A stretch of DNA of 64,000 nt from assembly GCA_964106915.2 (NCBI GenBank), contig OZ066918.1, one strand, 5' to 3'. Made by a program: the position numbers and the translations under genes. Below are positions 53,979 through 64,000 of this stretch, one piece after another (the stretch's first letter is position 1; each line of letters opens with the position of its first letter). The notes beneath the pieces were generated by a model. The model made no database searches, had not been told where the DNA came from, and saw nothing but the letters and a program-made list of their open reading frames with translations. The stretch is from Podarcis gaigeae (taxonomy: Eukaryota).

Positions 53979-56912
53979 CTGCAAATGAAAAACAGCAGGT
54001 CCCATATGAGCCACTTATACCTTGATGTGCCAAAGGGTCAGTAGGTGAATCAGGAAGCAGAAAAAGCAGAGCAAGAGGTGAGGCATCAGTAGCATTTCAG
54101 CTCTGCGCTCAAAGTTGTTACCCTAGACAAGAAACTGTAAGACCTCCAAAGATCTGTAATAAAGCTTGTGCTATTAATCCTGGTTTCATAGTCTCTCTTT
54201 ACATCTTTGATGTTAATCTTTTCCACTGTGTCTATGTAACACAGCCACTAGGCTTACTATTAGTACAGAAATAGTTCTTGTCCCAGAGCCTATCGTTAAG
54301 GCTGGGTAACCTGTGGCCCTCCAGATGTTGTTGGACTACAACTCCCATCATTCTTCTCTTCCCTATCATCACGCCTAGTTCTGGAACCTTTTTTCTAGCA
54401 AAATCGCACTGGAATTTAGGGCTACTAAAGGCTGCTAGACATGACAGCTGTAGTCTACCTTCACAGTCACAGGTAATATGCCTCCATCTACCAGATGCTG
54501 GGAATCATAGGAAGGGAAAGTGCTGTTGCACTCAAGTCCTATTTGCTGGCTTCCCATCGGCATCTCATTGGCCACTTGGTAGACAAGATGGGCCTTCATT
54601 CTGATCTAGCAGAGCTCTTATCATCCTCTTTTGGCCTTGTAAAGCCTTGTACAATGAGATGGATTTTCTGGCTAACAACGAAGAGCCTTGAAGAGTGGTG
54701 GGCAGCCTTGACATGGATCCAATTGGTAACTCTGCTCACTAGGGACAAAGAGTCATTTTAAAAAAGATAAACGTGAAAGCCTCAAAACTGTGGGCAGCTT
54801 TGGACATCACAATAAGCCATCGTTTATCATGACAGGAACAAGCCAAAGGAAGCTATCAGATCACATCTTACGTCTTTCTCTGATGCAACCATAATGAGGA
54901 AATTGGAAGTTGTTGATTAACTGCAATCTGCATTATGTCCAAATCTAAAACTGTGATTAATCTCAAATAAGAATTGTTCAAACAAGGTGGCTTATAACCC
55001 ATGGTTATGAAGCTGGCTTGTTTTTAATACATATTTATGTAAGATGAACCAGTTTTCACATCCAGGTGAAACAACAAGCTATGATTGATTGAAATGGACG
55101 AAAAAGCTTCTAATCTCCTCTTTGCAGCCATAGCACAAGAGGAGGAGAAGAGAGCACATGCAAGCCCAAAACTTGCTGAAACTCGTTCCCATCACAATAA
55201 AGCATGGCTTTTCATGACATCCAAACCAGTTCTGTGGGTACATGTAAAGGACAATGGCACACAAGTACATTTAAACATGGTCATCCCTTGAGGCCAGGTG
55301 TGTTACCAATTTAAAAAGAGAGCTCCAGTACTCTGGAGCCTTGTTATCTTTTCACTGCAAGACATAGAGACCACAGTCGTGTGTCCTTTGGGATTACATG
55401 CCAGGCATTACTTTTCTATACTGAGCATTTGCTCTTTAGATTACTCATACTGCAAGTGATGCAATATGTTCAACAGCACATCATTGGGTATGGATCTGCA
55501 GCTGCACAGAACAGTACTTTAGTATAAGCACATCTCACTCCTCCTTATAAGCCATAAGTACATTATAAAATGACACAGCTACCCCGATATGCAAACCGAC
55601 TTTGGTCCTAGGTAATAGATGAGGTGACAGGGAGAGGGAGGTTCTGCTACCATGCCATTTCTATGCAGGCAGCGGCTACCTGACTGGAGCTTTCTTCTCC
55701 TCTATCTCAAGCCAAGGAAAAGTCAGAACCAGGAAACATTAACAGATAACCCCAAATGAGAGTAACAACTAGGGGAATTAATTCATAAAATGTTAACTAG
55801 ACTGAGCATTGGTAGAGGGGAGCTAACAATTAATATCCTTAACGGACAGCATTCAATTCTTCAGCCATCTACATGTTAGAAAGATTAACCTAGAACACTA
55901 GTTACGCTCTGCTTAAAAAACTGAACAGAGAAAGAATTTAAAAGTAATCTCAAATATTTTTAAAGGGGGGAGTCAATTTAATTGTCTCCTCAGAAGATAC
56001 ATTTCGTTGAATTTAAAAGAACCCAGGCCCAGCTAAAATTGCTGTTGCAGGATGTTACAAAGGAATTATAACAAAAAGTTGCATTGTGCTGCTTAATGTC
56101 TTCACACTTAGCTACATAAACTGTAATGGAAATTTAAAAGGGACCAAATAACTCTAGTCAAGGGTGGGAGGTAAGGAATAGCTACAATTCTCTCTTAAAC
56201 TCTTCAGGAGATTATTTTTGCATGTTGCCAAAAATGGGACGCTAAGCAAAATGTAGTAGGCTAATGCCAGAAATTCCTAACTTGTGATACAAATGGCCTG
56301 CAAAAGGTTAAAATACAGAGGTAAGAAAACATGCCAACGTACAAGGCACTGTGATTTATGAAACCATGATGTAGGCAGACTACCTAAATCCATGCACAAC
56401 CCAATTATCACCCACTTTATGAAGAAAGTCAAAGCTTCTTGCCCACTCAGCAGAGCCTTCCTTCACCAGCCCACATCAAGCTACCTTTGCCAGTCAGGAA
56501 ATATGATACATAGAGGTTCATCCAGAGCTCTGTTTTGCACTGCTCCTCTTGGGCACTCTTAGAAATGCCATACTCAATGCATTGAAGCCTCTGTCGCCTC
56601 CCTCGATATAGCTGAAAATTGGATGCACTTTGCCTCATAGGGAGGGCATGCTGAGACTCCTCCGGCGGTTATGAACTACAGTTTTTCTTATTCTATATTT
56701 GGTTTCCCTCCCTTCAGCACCAGGGCTCCCTAGTATCCAGTAATTGCCATCTGGCAATGAGAAACCAGCTCATTCTCTCAGCGGGAACCACTTTCATCTC
56801 CACGGGGATTCCAGGTAGATTTTTGTATACAGACCAACTAGCAACATCCCCTTTCCCCCCCACCCTCCAGCAAATTTCTGAAATGTAAAGCTGTGTCAAC
56901 ACAAATGCTTAC

Positions 56913-57014
56913 CTTTGGTGTCCTGCATTACAATGGAGCTGTACTTTAAGAAAGTTATCAGCAGGTTGCTGGTCTGCACGTCGGCATCCAGAGGCAGCTC
57001 CACGGTGCTTATAA
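56913..57014 (-). CDS. ARMH3: ARMH3 coding exon: (V)[33 protein letters not shown]
   Basis: acctttcctag|TT ... AAG|gtaagc; 102 nt, phase 1 to 1. Confidence 0.95.
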
Positions 57015-57374
57015 CTAGGAAAGGTCAGATAAGATTTGCTAATCACCAGCACAAAGTTTCGAAAGCTCTCCCAGTGGAGGTAAAGAGGATGCCTCTGTTA
57101 TGGAAACATCCAGTCTTACAGGTATTTCTGTTCATAACTTTCTATAGTCCCAGGCAGTACCACTGCCAATCCTGATGTCAATAAAAAATAATGTTCATTG
57201 GTTCAACTCCCCACTTCCGCAATGTGGTTAGACCATCCACAAGCAATGCCACAGGAAATACTCCAATAAAAGCACATTTTTGTAGTGCTTTTGCCACCCT
57301 GCTTAATATCCTATTCTGCAGGCATGGCCCTAACTCACACTTGGCTAACCTGTAGCTCTCCAGTTGTTGTAGGT

Positions 57375-57790
57375 CAGACATGTGCAACCTGTCGACCGCG
57401 ATCGGCCAGTAGATCACAGGAGTGATCCTGGTGAATCGCAGGATTAAATAAAGCGGGCAAGGAATGTTGCCGCCGCCCCCCCAAGCACTGGATCCTGCCG
57501 CCACGGCCTGCTCGTGGGGGCAGGGGGCGGTGACATTCCTTGCCTGATCGCTTGCCGCCCGGCCCGGCTGCAGCAGCGGCCCTGGCACTGGATCCCTCTG
57601 ACAACTGGGGGGGGGAGGCACAATTGGGATCTGCATCAGCTGCGCGACTCCCTTTGACAGGGGGGAAGGGAGGCAGGCAAGACCGGGATCCGAATCAGCT
57701 GCACGGCTCCTTTTGATGGGGGGGAGGGATTGGGATCCGCATCAACTTTTCAGCTCCCTATGAGAGGAAGCGGGGGAGAGAGAAAGGGCC
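57375..57790. mobile_element. GC-rich probable hAT-derived element fragment with internal repeats
   Basis: CAGACATGTGCAACCT start followed by gtcgaccgcgatcg...gtagatc; repeated GGGATCCGCATCAGCTGC-like units; no matching right TIR found. Confidence 0.5.
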
Positions 57791-60075
57791 AAATCACTGA
57801 GGGAAGGAGAAGGAACAAGAGAAAGAGAAGGACTGAACTCTGTTCTCTGGGATTTGCACACTTCTTCATTCTCTTCCTTGCAATATCCGTACATACTTTT
57901 CCACTACTGCTCAAAAGGTTGCCATCTAAGTATGGGACAAGAACCCTGATGTCAAGCTTCAGTTCAAGCTCAATACAGCAGCTTCCTCCCCCCCCCCCCC
58001 CACATCTCTGCTGCTTCCAGGAAGGATGTGCATTTCTTTGGTCATTAACAGCATTGCAAGACTTGGATGTCCATTAGCCTTTCCCTTCCATTTAATGATC
58101 ACCAGTACACCAAAGTCTTATGTGCCTTTTCTGGAGTGGAGGCATTTCTAGCACTGCTGGATTTAAACAAAAACAAGAACACTTAAGCCCTTCAAATAGG
58201 GAAGGAGGACTTGTGGCCCCAGCAGATATTGAACTCCCCATCAGTCCCAGCCAGCACAGTTAAAAATGATGGGAGTCCAACAATATTTGGACATCCACAA
58301 ATTCCCCATCAAAGCCTTGTAACATAATGGCCAAGCAATATGTATTGCCAGCCCAACACATGTCTTGCTGCCTTCACTTCTGGGACACCCAAAGAGAAAT
58401 CATGAGAATATGACAGTTTCAGAGAGGTCAGCCCAGTTATGTAACTTGTCCAGTAGGGCATTCCTCCACATTTAACAGGCAAGAAAGCTGTTCTCAGATC
58501 ACTGCTAACAGGGCTGTTCCCTCTACCATCAGAACTATACAACCTCCCCATAGTAGCACTAATCCACTCAGTGATTTAACTAATAGGTATTCAACAACTA
58601 TAATGGATCCTTCTGGAGCTGCTATGATGCACACTGTGAATGAATACTTAACAGCAGCCAGCAAAATCAGCACTTGGGATAACCATGGTGACAGTCACCT
58701 TAGACACAGTTCACGCAAAAGCAGGAAAAGGTAGGTCATTTTCTTTTCTTTTCTTTTTAAATCACTGTGTAGAAAGTTACTATTTATCATAGCTCAGCCC
58801 CTGCAGCCTTGACCCTTTCATGAAAGAAAGCGTGGGTTTTTAATTTTTTAAAAAATTGAAAATGGTATTTAGTCCATGTCAGAAGCAAGATGCAGAGGAA
58901 GTGGTTTCGGACTGTAAGCCTGTTTGCAAACTCCAGTTGCTGGTAAAGAACCCAGAACTACATGGGCTGGGGGGCTTAACAAAATCCTTTTGAGGCAAAC
59001 CAAAAGGAAAAGTGACCTTCCACTTTGAAGTAGTATACTGCCAATCGTGAGTCAATGATTACTAAATTGCAAGGCCTGAGGAGGTGGAGTAATCCTGGCA
59101 TGCTTAAAAAAAAATTAAAAAAAGAATGAGCTAGAAATCTTGGGAGCAAAGCAAACTCATGCTCAGGATTACTAAAAGGACAAAGGAGAAATAAAAAGCA
59201 ACAGTGAGAAAGACCTTTAACGGTAGTGATGCAGGTCAAGATTAAAATTACTCTACTATTGTTAATCAACCTCCCAGCAGTAGGAAGGCGGCGCTCACTA
59301 TGCCTGTCTGCAGCCGTCTGTGAAAGACAGAGAGAGATGAAGGTAAGCACAAATTCTGCCTGCTGTATATTTTTTTAAAAAGTGTGTGGGCGGATACATT
59401 TGCAGTGAACAATCTGAAAGAAAGCCTAAGCAGCTCCCAACCCTCAGCATCATATGGAATACATATGCAGAGGTAGAAGACATGATTTTTTTTAAACGGA
59501 GGCTTTTGATATCCATGGCAACCAAGAAGAATTTATCCTCCCAGAGAAGAATGCTCTTCTGCTAGGATATCGGAGTGACCTGAATAGCAGCAACAAGAGG
59601 GTAACACACACTGCTCTCACCCAGAGATGCCTACAAACTGAGTTCTATTAAAGCCCTTCACATTCTGCCATTAAACCATCTGTGACGCATAAAGAAGTCA
59701 GCACACACACATACACAGGGAAACCGTGAGGTCCAGTATAGACAATTGATGCTATTTTCCCCAGGATAACTACCCACAACTTTGCCCCTGCAACTGTGTA
59801 TTGTCCTCCTGTTTACCAAGGACAGCTGCCTTCCCACATCATAAAAACAGATCCAGGGGAAATCTCATTTGGGGTCAGTTTATGATCCAGCCACATGAAG
59901 CCATCATGCCGTCATTCATTCTTACACTTGGTGGGGTTTCAAATGCATTGAAAACCTTGGCTTTGAACTACAAAAGCTTAAGTTTTCTCTGGACAAACTG
60001 AGGACAATTGCTATGTTTCCCAGGGTATAAACACATCAAGATGCAGGCAACTGGAGCATATGTAGAAGAGCTCAC

Positions 60076-60172
60076 CGTCAGAAGAAGGTGGTGTGGTCCC
60101 AAGAGGAGTGACTGGAGTTGTCGGAGTCGTTGGGCTTACTGGCATGGTCACCAAACCAATTTCAGGATGACT
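60076..60172 (-). CDS. ARMH3: ARMH3 coding exon: [32 protein letters not shown]
   Basis: ggttcctag|AGT ... ACG|gtgagc; 97 nt, phase 0 to 1; Pro/Thr-rich linker. Confidence 0.94.
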
Positions 60173-62383
60173 CTAGGAACCAAACACATGTAGATCAGTT
60201 CTGTTCCACGTGGCCCATACCGTACTACGCAAGTTTTGTTTGCTGCACCCTCATTCCAAGCTCAGCATTGTTGATAAACCTGATGAGACCTACAATACCT
60301 ACAGAAATCTGTGAGTTGGTGTTTGTTATAGAAAAACTTGGAAAGTGCCCCCCATTCAGCCTTTCACTATTTTGTAACAACTGAATTGACAGCACCATTT
60401 GGGGGACGTTCTCTTTCTCACACCCTCCAAAATACAGACTTGCTGCTGAAGCAGCATTTTCCTCCTGTCCTTATAGTTCTTATCTTAATGTATTTCGCCT
60501 TAAAGAACAAGTCAATGCATCACGTTGCCACCCAGCTGCTTAACCCAGGTGCTTCCAGAGAACACGGCCAAATAAATAATAATGTAGTTACAGATTTCCC
60601 CTGCCTTCTTCTACTAGTTCTTCTCTGCATTTCATCTCAGCCAGCAGCCCCCTCCCCCCCAATCTAATTTCTGATTTAACTTTATTCTCCATAGGGTTCC
60701 ATTTGTATCACTGGCATTCAGGAGAACAGGCAAGGTTTCATACTATTCTATTTCATATCCAACAGTGAAGTAATGAAGTCTGTTTCAGAGTACGCCTTTC
60801 GTATCAATGCATCTTCAAATGTTCTCTCGGCAACAAGCAGAGCAATGATTTGAAATGTGTTCTAGAACTACCAATCTGCTTTTAACTGCACAATGTTTCA
60901 TGGAGGTTCACATAGAGGTCTGCCATGGCAGAGATCTAGAAAGTCTGGTTTATTAATGGGCTCTTACCAGCCCGTTTTGTAAGAGAGCACATCGCCAATG
61001 GTTGTAGACCCAATTTCAGAAAGCCATCTCTGGGGCAAGCTTTGAAACATACAGCCCATTGAAAATATTACAGGCAAGCAACTCTATTTCCATGCAATAA
61101 AACAATTGCATGCTGCTATAATAAGGTTTTATAACTCCCGAGCCAGCTAAGGGATAACAGCACCACCTAGCACCTCATTTCTGGCACCTCATTTCTAAAA
61201 CACATCTATCAATGTAATTTTGTGCATGGTACAACAACTCCCCAATAGCTTGACAAAAAAATCTACTAGACCAACATATATCCTCCCTGTTTACCTCTGC
61301 TCTATAGTCTCCAGCCTGTGCACATATACAATATGAGCAAAACAACTTAAACACATATGAATTACACAAATTTTAGCTGTGGTTCCAATACCAGGAAACA
61401 CACATGAAAAGTAGCCCTGTTCTGTATGCTAACACACACAGACGCACCCAATTGATGCAAACTTAATTAAATAAAACACCACTACATTTACTGCACTCCA
61501 GAACAGAAGCCAATCCTGCAAGAACTGCACAAGCAGAAAAATTAAAACTCAGCTTTTCACAAAAGCCAACATGCAGAAGCCAAAACATATGCAGCTCTAG
61601 AGAAGATTACAAGAGCACAAACCAAGGAGCAGTGATGACTGGAAATGCCACAGCCATGCCAGTAACCTTTAAATCAGGTGAGAGGGAAGAAGGCTTTTTA
61701 CTACTGGTTGATTAAATAAAAAAGAATGGCCAGAGATTGAAAGCAACATTCAAAAGACCTTATAAGTAGGAAAAAAGTATAGAGCAGTTTTCGACTCAGA
61801 ACAATTTAATACCCTTAAATCTAGGGGACCAAAGCAATTTCTGCCTTCCCAGGCCCAACTGAGCTAAAGCTTTCTTGTTTCAGGACTAGCTATCCTTGCC
61901 TGCAGAGTGTTGATTCCCACCAATGTACACTTAACCTGAGGAAGACTAGGATAAAAGAAGAGCCATTTGGTATGCAAATACTGCACAAACAATCCTCCAG
62001 TTTTAAACTAGCTTGAAGCATCCTTCCTCACTTGGTAGTCGCCAGGGACCTATCACATCTTGCTTCAGTAACAAACTTGCTTTCAGTAACAAACTAATCT
62101 GAATCTCACCCTCAGGGCTCAGAGTCCATACAGTACTCAGATTGGGGGGGGGGGGCGTAACAGAAAGAAACAAATAAGCACTGTGCATTTGTTCCCTAAG
62201 CCATCAAATTCAGAAGAAAGCCTGCTTCTTGTGGCAGACCACCAAGTGAACAAACCATTGCGGCAGAACACCACATCTGACAAAAGGCAGGAAGAGCTCC
62301 AAGGTCCATTGGCACAGCTATCTCCAGCATGCTGAAGCTATTTTAGTTTGCATTGCAATCCAGAAAAAGGAATTTCATCCCAC

Positions 62384-62459
62384 CTGTGCCAACACAGTGA
62401 TGAAGTTTCGGTTCAAGTGAACAGCTTCATAAAGAGCCAAAAGGATAGCCTCGTTGGTT
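62384..62459 (-). CDS. ARMH3: ARMH3 coding exon: (Q)[25 protein letters not shown]
   Basis: ctctttttgtag|A ... CAG|gtggga; 76 nt, phase 2 to 0. Confidence 0.95.
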
Positions 62460-63631
62460 CTACAAAAAGAGAAAAAGATGTGCTGCAGTAAATGAGTGTA
62501 AAATAATGGGTCACTTCCCCCGCCCTTACTACCCAGCAACTTTGGATACCCAGAATGATAAACAAAGACATATTTATATTAGAAAGCTGGGTCCCTCCCC
62601 TCAAAAACCCACCCCCTCACACACATAAACAAATCTCACTACAGCCAACCAAAGACAACCAACCTCTCTTACCACCAAGGAAGCATAACAAGCGAATAGA
62701 AAGAGAACCCACACAAGTGACGCTGACACAAAACCGCACACATACACTAAGTAGAATAATAGAAGCATCGCCACCCCACCCCACACACCATTCCCCCCTC
62801 CCCCTCTTTTCTTCCCAGTCTAATACTGCATGCGACACTAATGTATCACAACAAATGTAACTGATCTGTAGAAAACACAACTTGAAAAAATGTATTTTTG
62901 TAATCTAAGAAATCTTTAATGAAAATTATTTTTAAAAGAAAGAAAAGCTGGGTCCCTGCAGGGTATTCCATGCCCCCCCCCAGACTTCCAAACCACTAGA
63001 CACCTAGCAAAAATCTACACATACCCCATATGCATTGATAGAAGGTAACTTTTACTTTATACAAATGTAGTCGTCCACCCCAATTTATTGCAGCACTTAA
63101 CATTTATTTATTGCACTTCACATATAGCACCCTGCTCTAGTTATCCCCAGGCCCAAATAAGAAGGAAGGAATATTAAGGACAAAGGAAAGATCATAGCAT
63201 CTACAACCAACTGGTCAACTTGAAGCACATAGGGTAGGTATGGCCCCAGAAGGTTGCAGGCATCAACAATGTTTTTGTTTGCTTGACTGTGGCAAAATTT
63301 CTGATGTGGTCATCAGTGCCAAATAATTTACTTGTATCTGCTCAAAAACATGGATATCCAAATGCCATGTATGGTAACTCCTCCTTCCTATTTGCCCCCA
63401 TTTCCATTCCAGTTTCAGTGCGTAAGAATAGAAATGCTATACCCTAACCATCTGACTAAAGCTTCTGCTAATTCACTCATGTACCAGACTGCCTGCTGCC
63501 ATCTATAGTACTGGCTGCTGAGCTAGAGTTAAATTTCCTTGCTTTATATTTTTAAGTTAAATGTCAGCAATGGATAGCATTTTATACTTCTCAATCAAAA
63601 CAGCAAATTGCTATCTGCTGGGTGCACTTAC

Positions 63632-63678
63632 TGAACGGAGATTTTCTCATCTGCATCAGCTATGAACATGCTGCCCAC
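63632..63678 (-). CDS. ARMH3: ARMH3 coding exon: VGSMFIADADEKISV(Q)
   Basis: ttatttccacag|GTG ... CA|gtaagt; 47 nt, phase 0 to 2. Confidence 0.95.
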
Positions 63679-63870
63679 CTGTGGAAATAAGCAATATTGC
63701 ACAGCATTAGGATCTATAGAAATTTTCCCTCAAGCTGAGCAGGCACACAATTCTTAAAGTAAAATGGGCACTATATATTTTCAGGGGAGCCAGAGTCATA
63801 GCCTAATGTAGCATATATAAGAAAATCATTTTCATTTTCTTTTACAAGCATTGGACTGGGCCCCTGGCAC

Positions 63871-63875
<5 letters not shown>

Positions 63876-63907
<32 letters not shown>
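63876..63907. repeat. (AC)16 microsatellite
   Basis: Read directly; lies about 8 nt into the intron after exon 63915-63975. Confidence 0.95.
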
Positions 63908-63909
<2 letters not shown>

Positions 63910-63914
63910 CTTAC

Positions 63915-63975
63915 CATGTTAGTCAACGCTGAGAAAAAGCCACTCTGGTGTTCTTCTTCCTTGTCTTTATACTGC
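63915..63975 (-). CDS. ARMH3: ARMH3 coding exon (approx. human exon 11): (R)[20 protein letters not shown]
   Basis: Pyrimidine-tract acceptor tttag|G, donor ATG|gtaagg; 61 nt, phase 2 to 0. Confidence 0.95.
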
Positions 63976-64000
63976 CTAAAAAAAGAGGACAGCAACAGAT

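Larger units (their letters stand above)
33884..63975 (-). other. ARMH3: ARMH3 (C10orf76) gene, partial: span of 13 internal coding exons; the gene continues beyond both window ends
   Basis: The spliced translation matches the recalled human ARMH3 protein nearly residue for residue. All 12 internal introns are GT-AG and the phases chain without frameshift (1014 nt). Confidence 0.96.

Noticed and set aside
56713-56733. TTCAGCACC REST/NRSE half-site
   Set aside because: The right half (GGACAG) is missing.
57178-57636. 152-aa minus-strand ORF upstream of an ARMH3 exon
   Set aside because: Largely within a GC-rich repeat-derived element; no homology to ARMH3.
59229-59242. 14-nt identity (ATGCAGGTCAAGAT, ILTCI) with exon 53920-53978, suggesting a duplicated exon
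   Set aside because: Similarity does not extend, the frame is incompatible with the phase-1 intron, and a 14-mer match is within chance expectation for this window.
60280-60312. CTGATGA...GAAA hammerhead-like core
   Set aside because: The intervening sequence cannot form stem II.

Overview
Vertebrate genomic DNA, almost certainly from a squamate (lacertid-like lizard, judged from Sauria SINEs and the CR1/L2/Penelope/MITE repertoire). The whole window lies inside one minus-strand gene, ARMH3 (C10orf76, armadillo-like helical domain-containing 3). I reconstructed 13 consecutive GT-AG coding exons between 63975 and 33884 (1014 nt, reading frame continuous across all junctions), encoding ...[21 protein letters not shown] through ...KVTHALVNI(R). 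Bases 1-33883 appear to be a single intron of more than 33 kb; I did not find the last ARMH3 exons in the window. Introns contain three Sauria SINEs, several TA- and 8-bp-TSD MITEs, CR1/L1/L2 fragments, a Penelope-like fragment with a hammerhead-ribozyme core, microsatellites and TE-free TAAT-rich blocks that may be enhancers. None of the tracked ORFs is an independent gene. I see no wholly new multi-gene system. The best leads are a candidate in-frame alternative last exon (21872-22013), a candidate micro/poison exon (59299-59317), a MITE carrying a tandem array of long hairpins (7132-7422) and the hammerhead remnant (3706-3740). Gene identity and exon numbering rest on my recall of the human protein, not on a database search.
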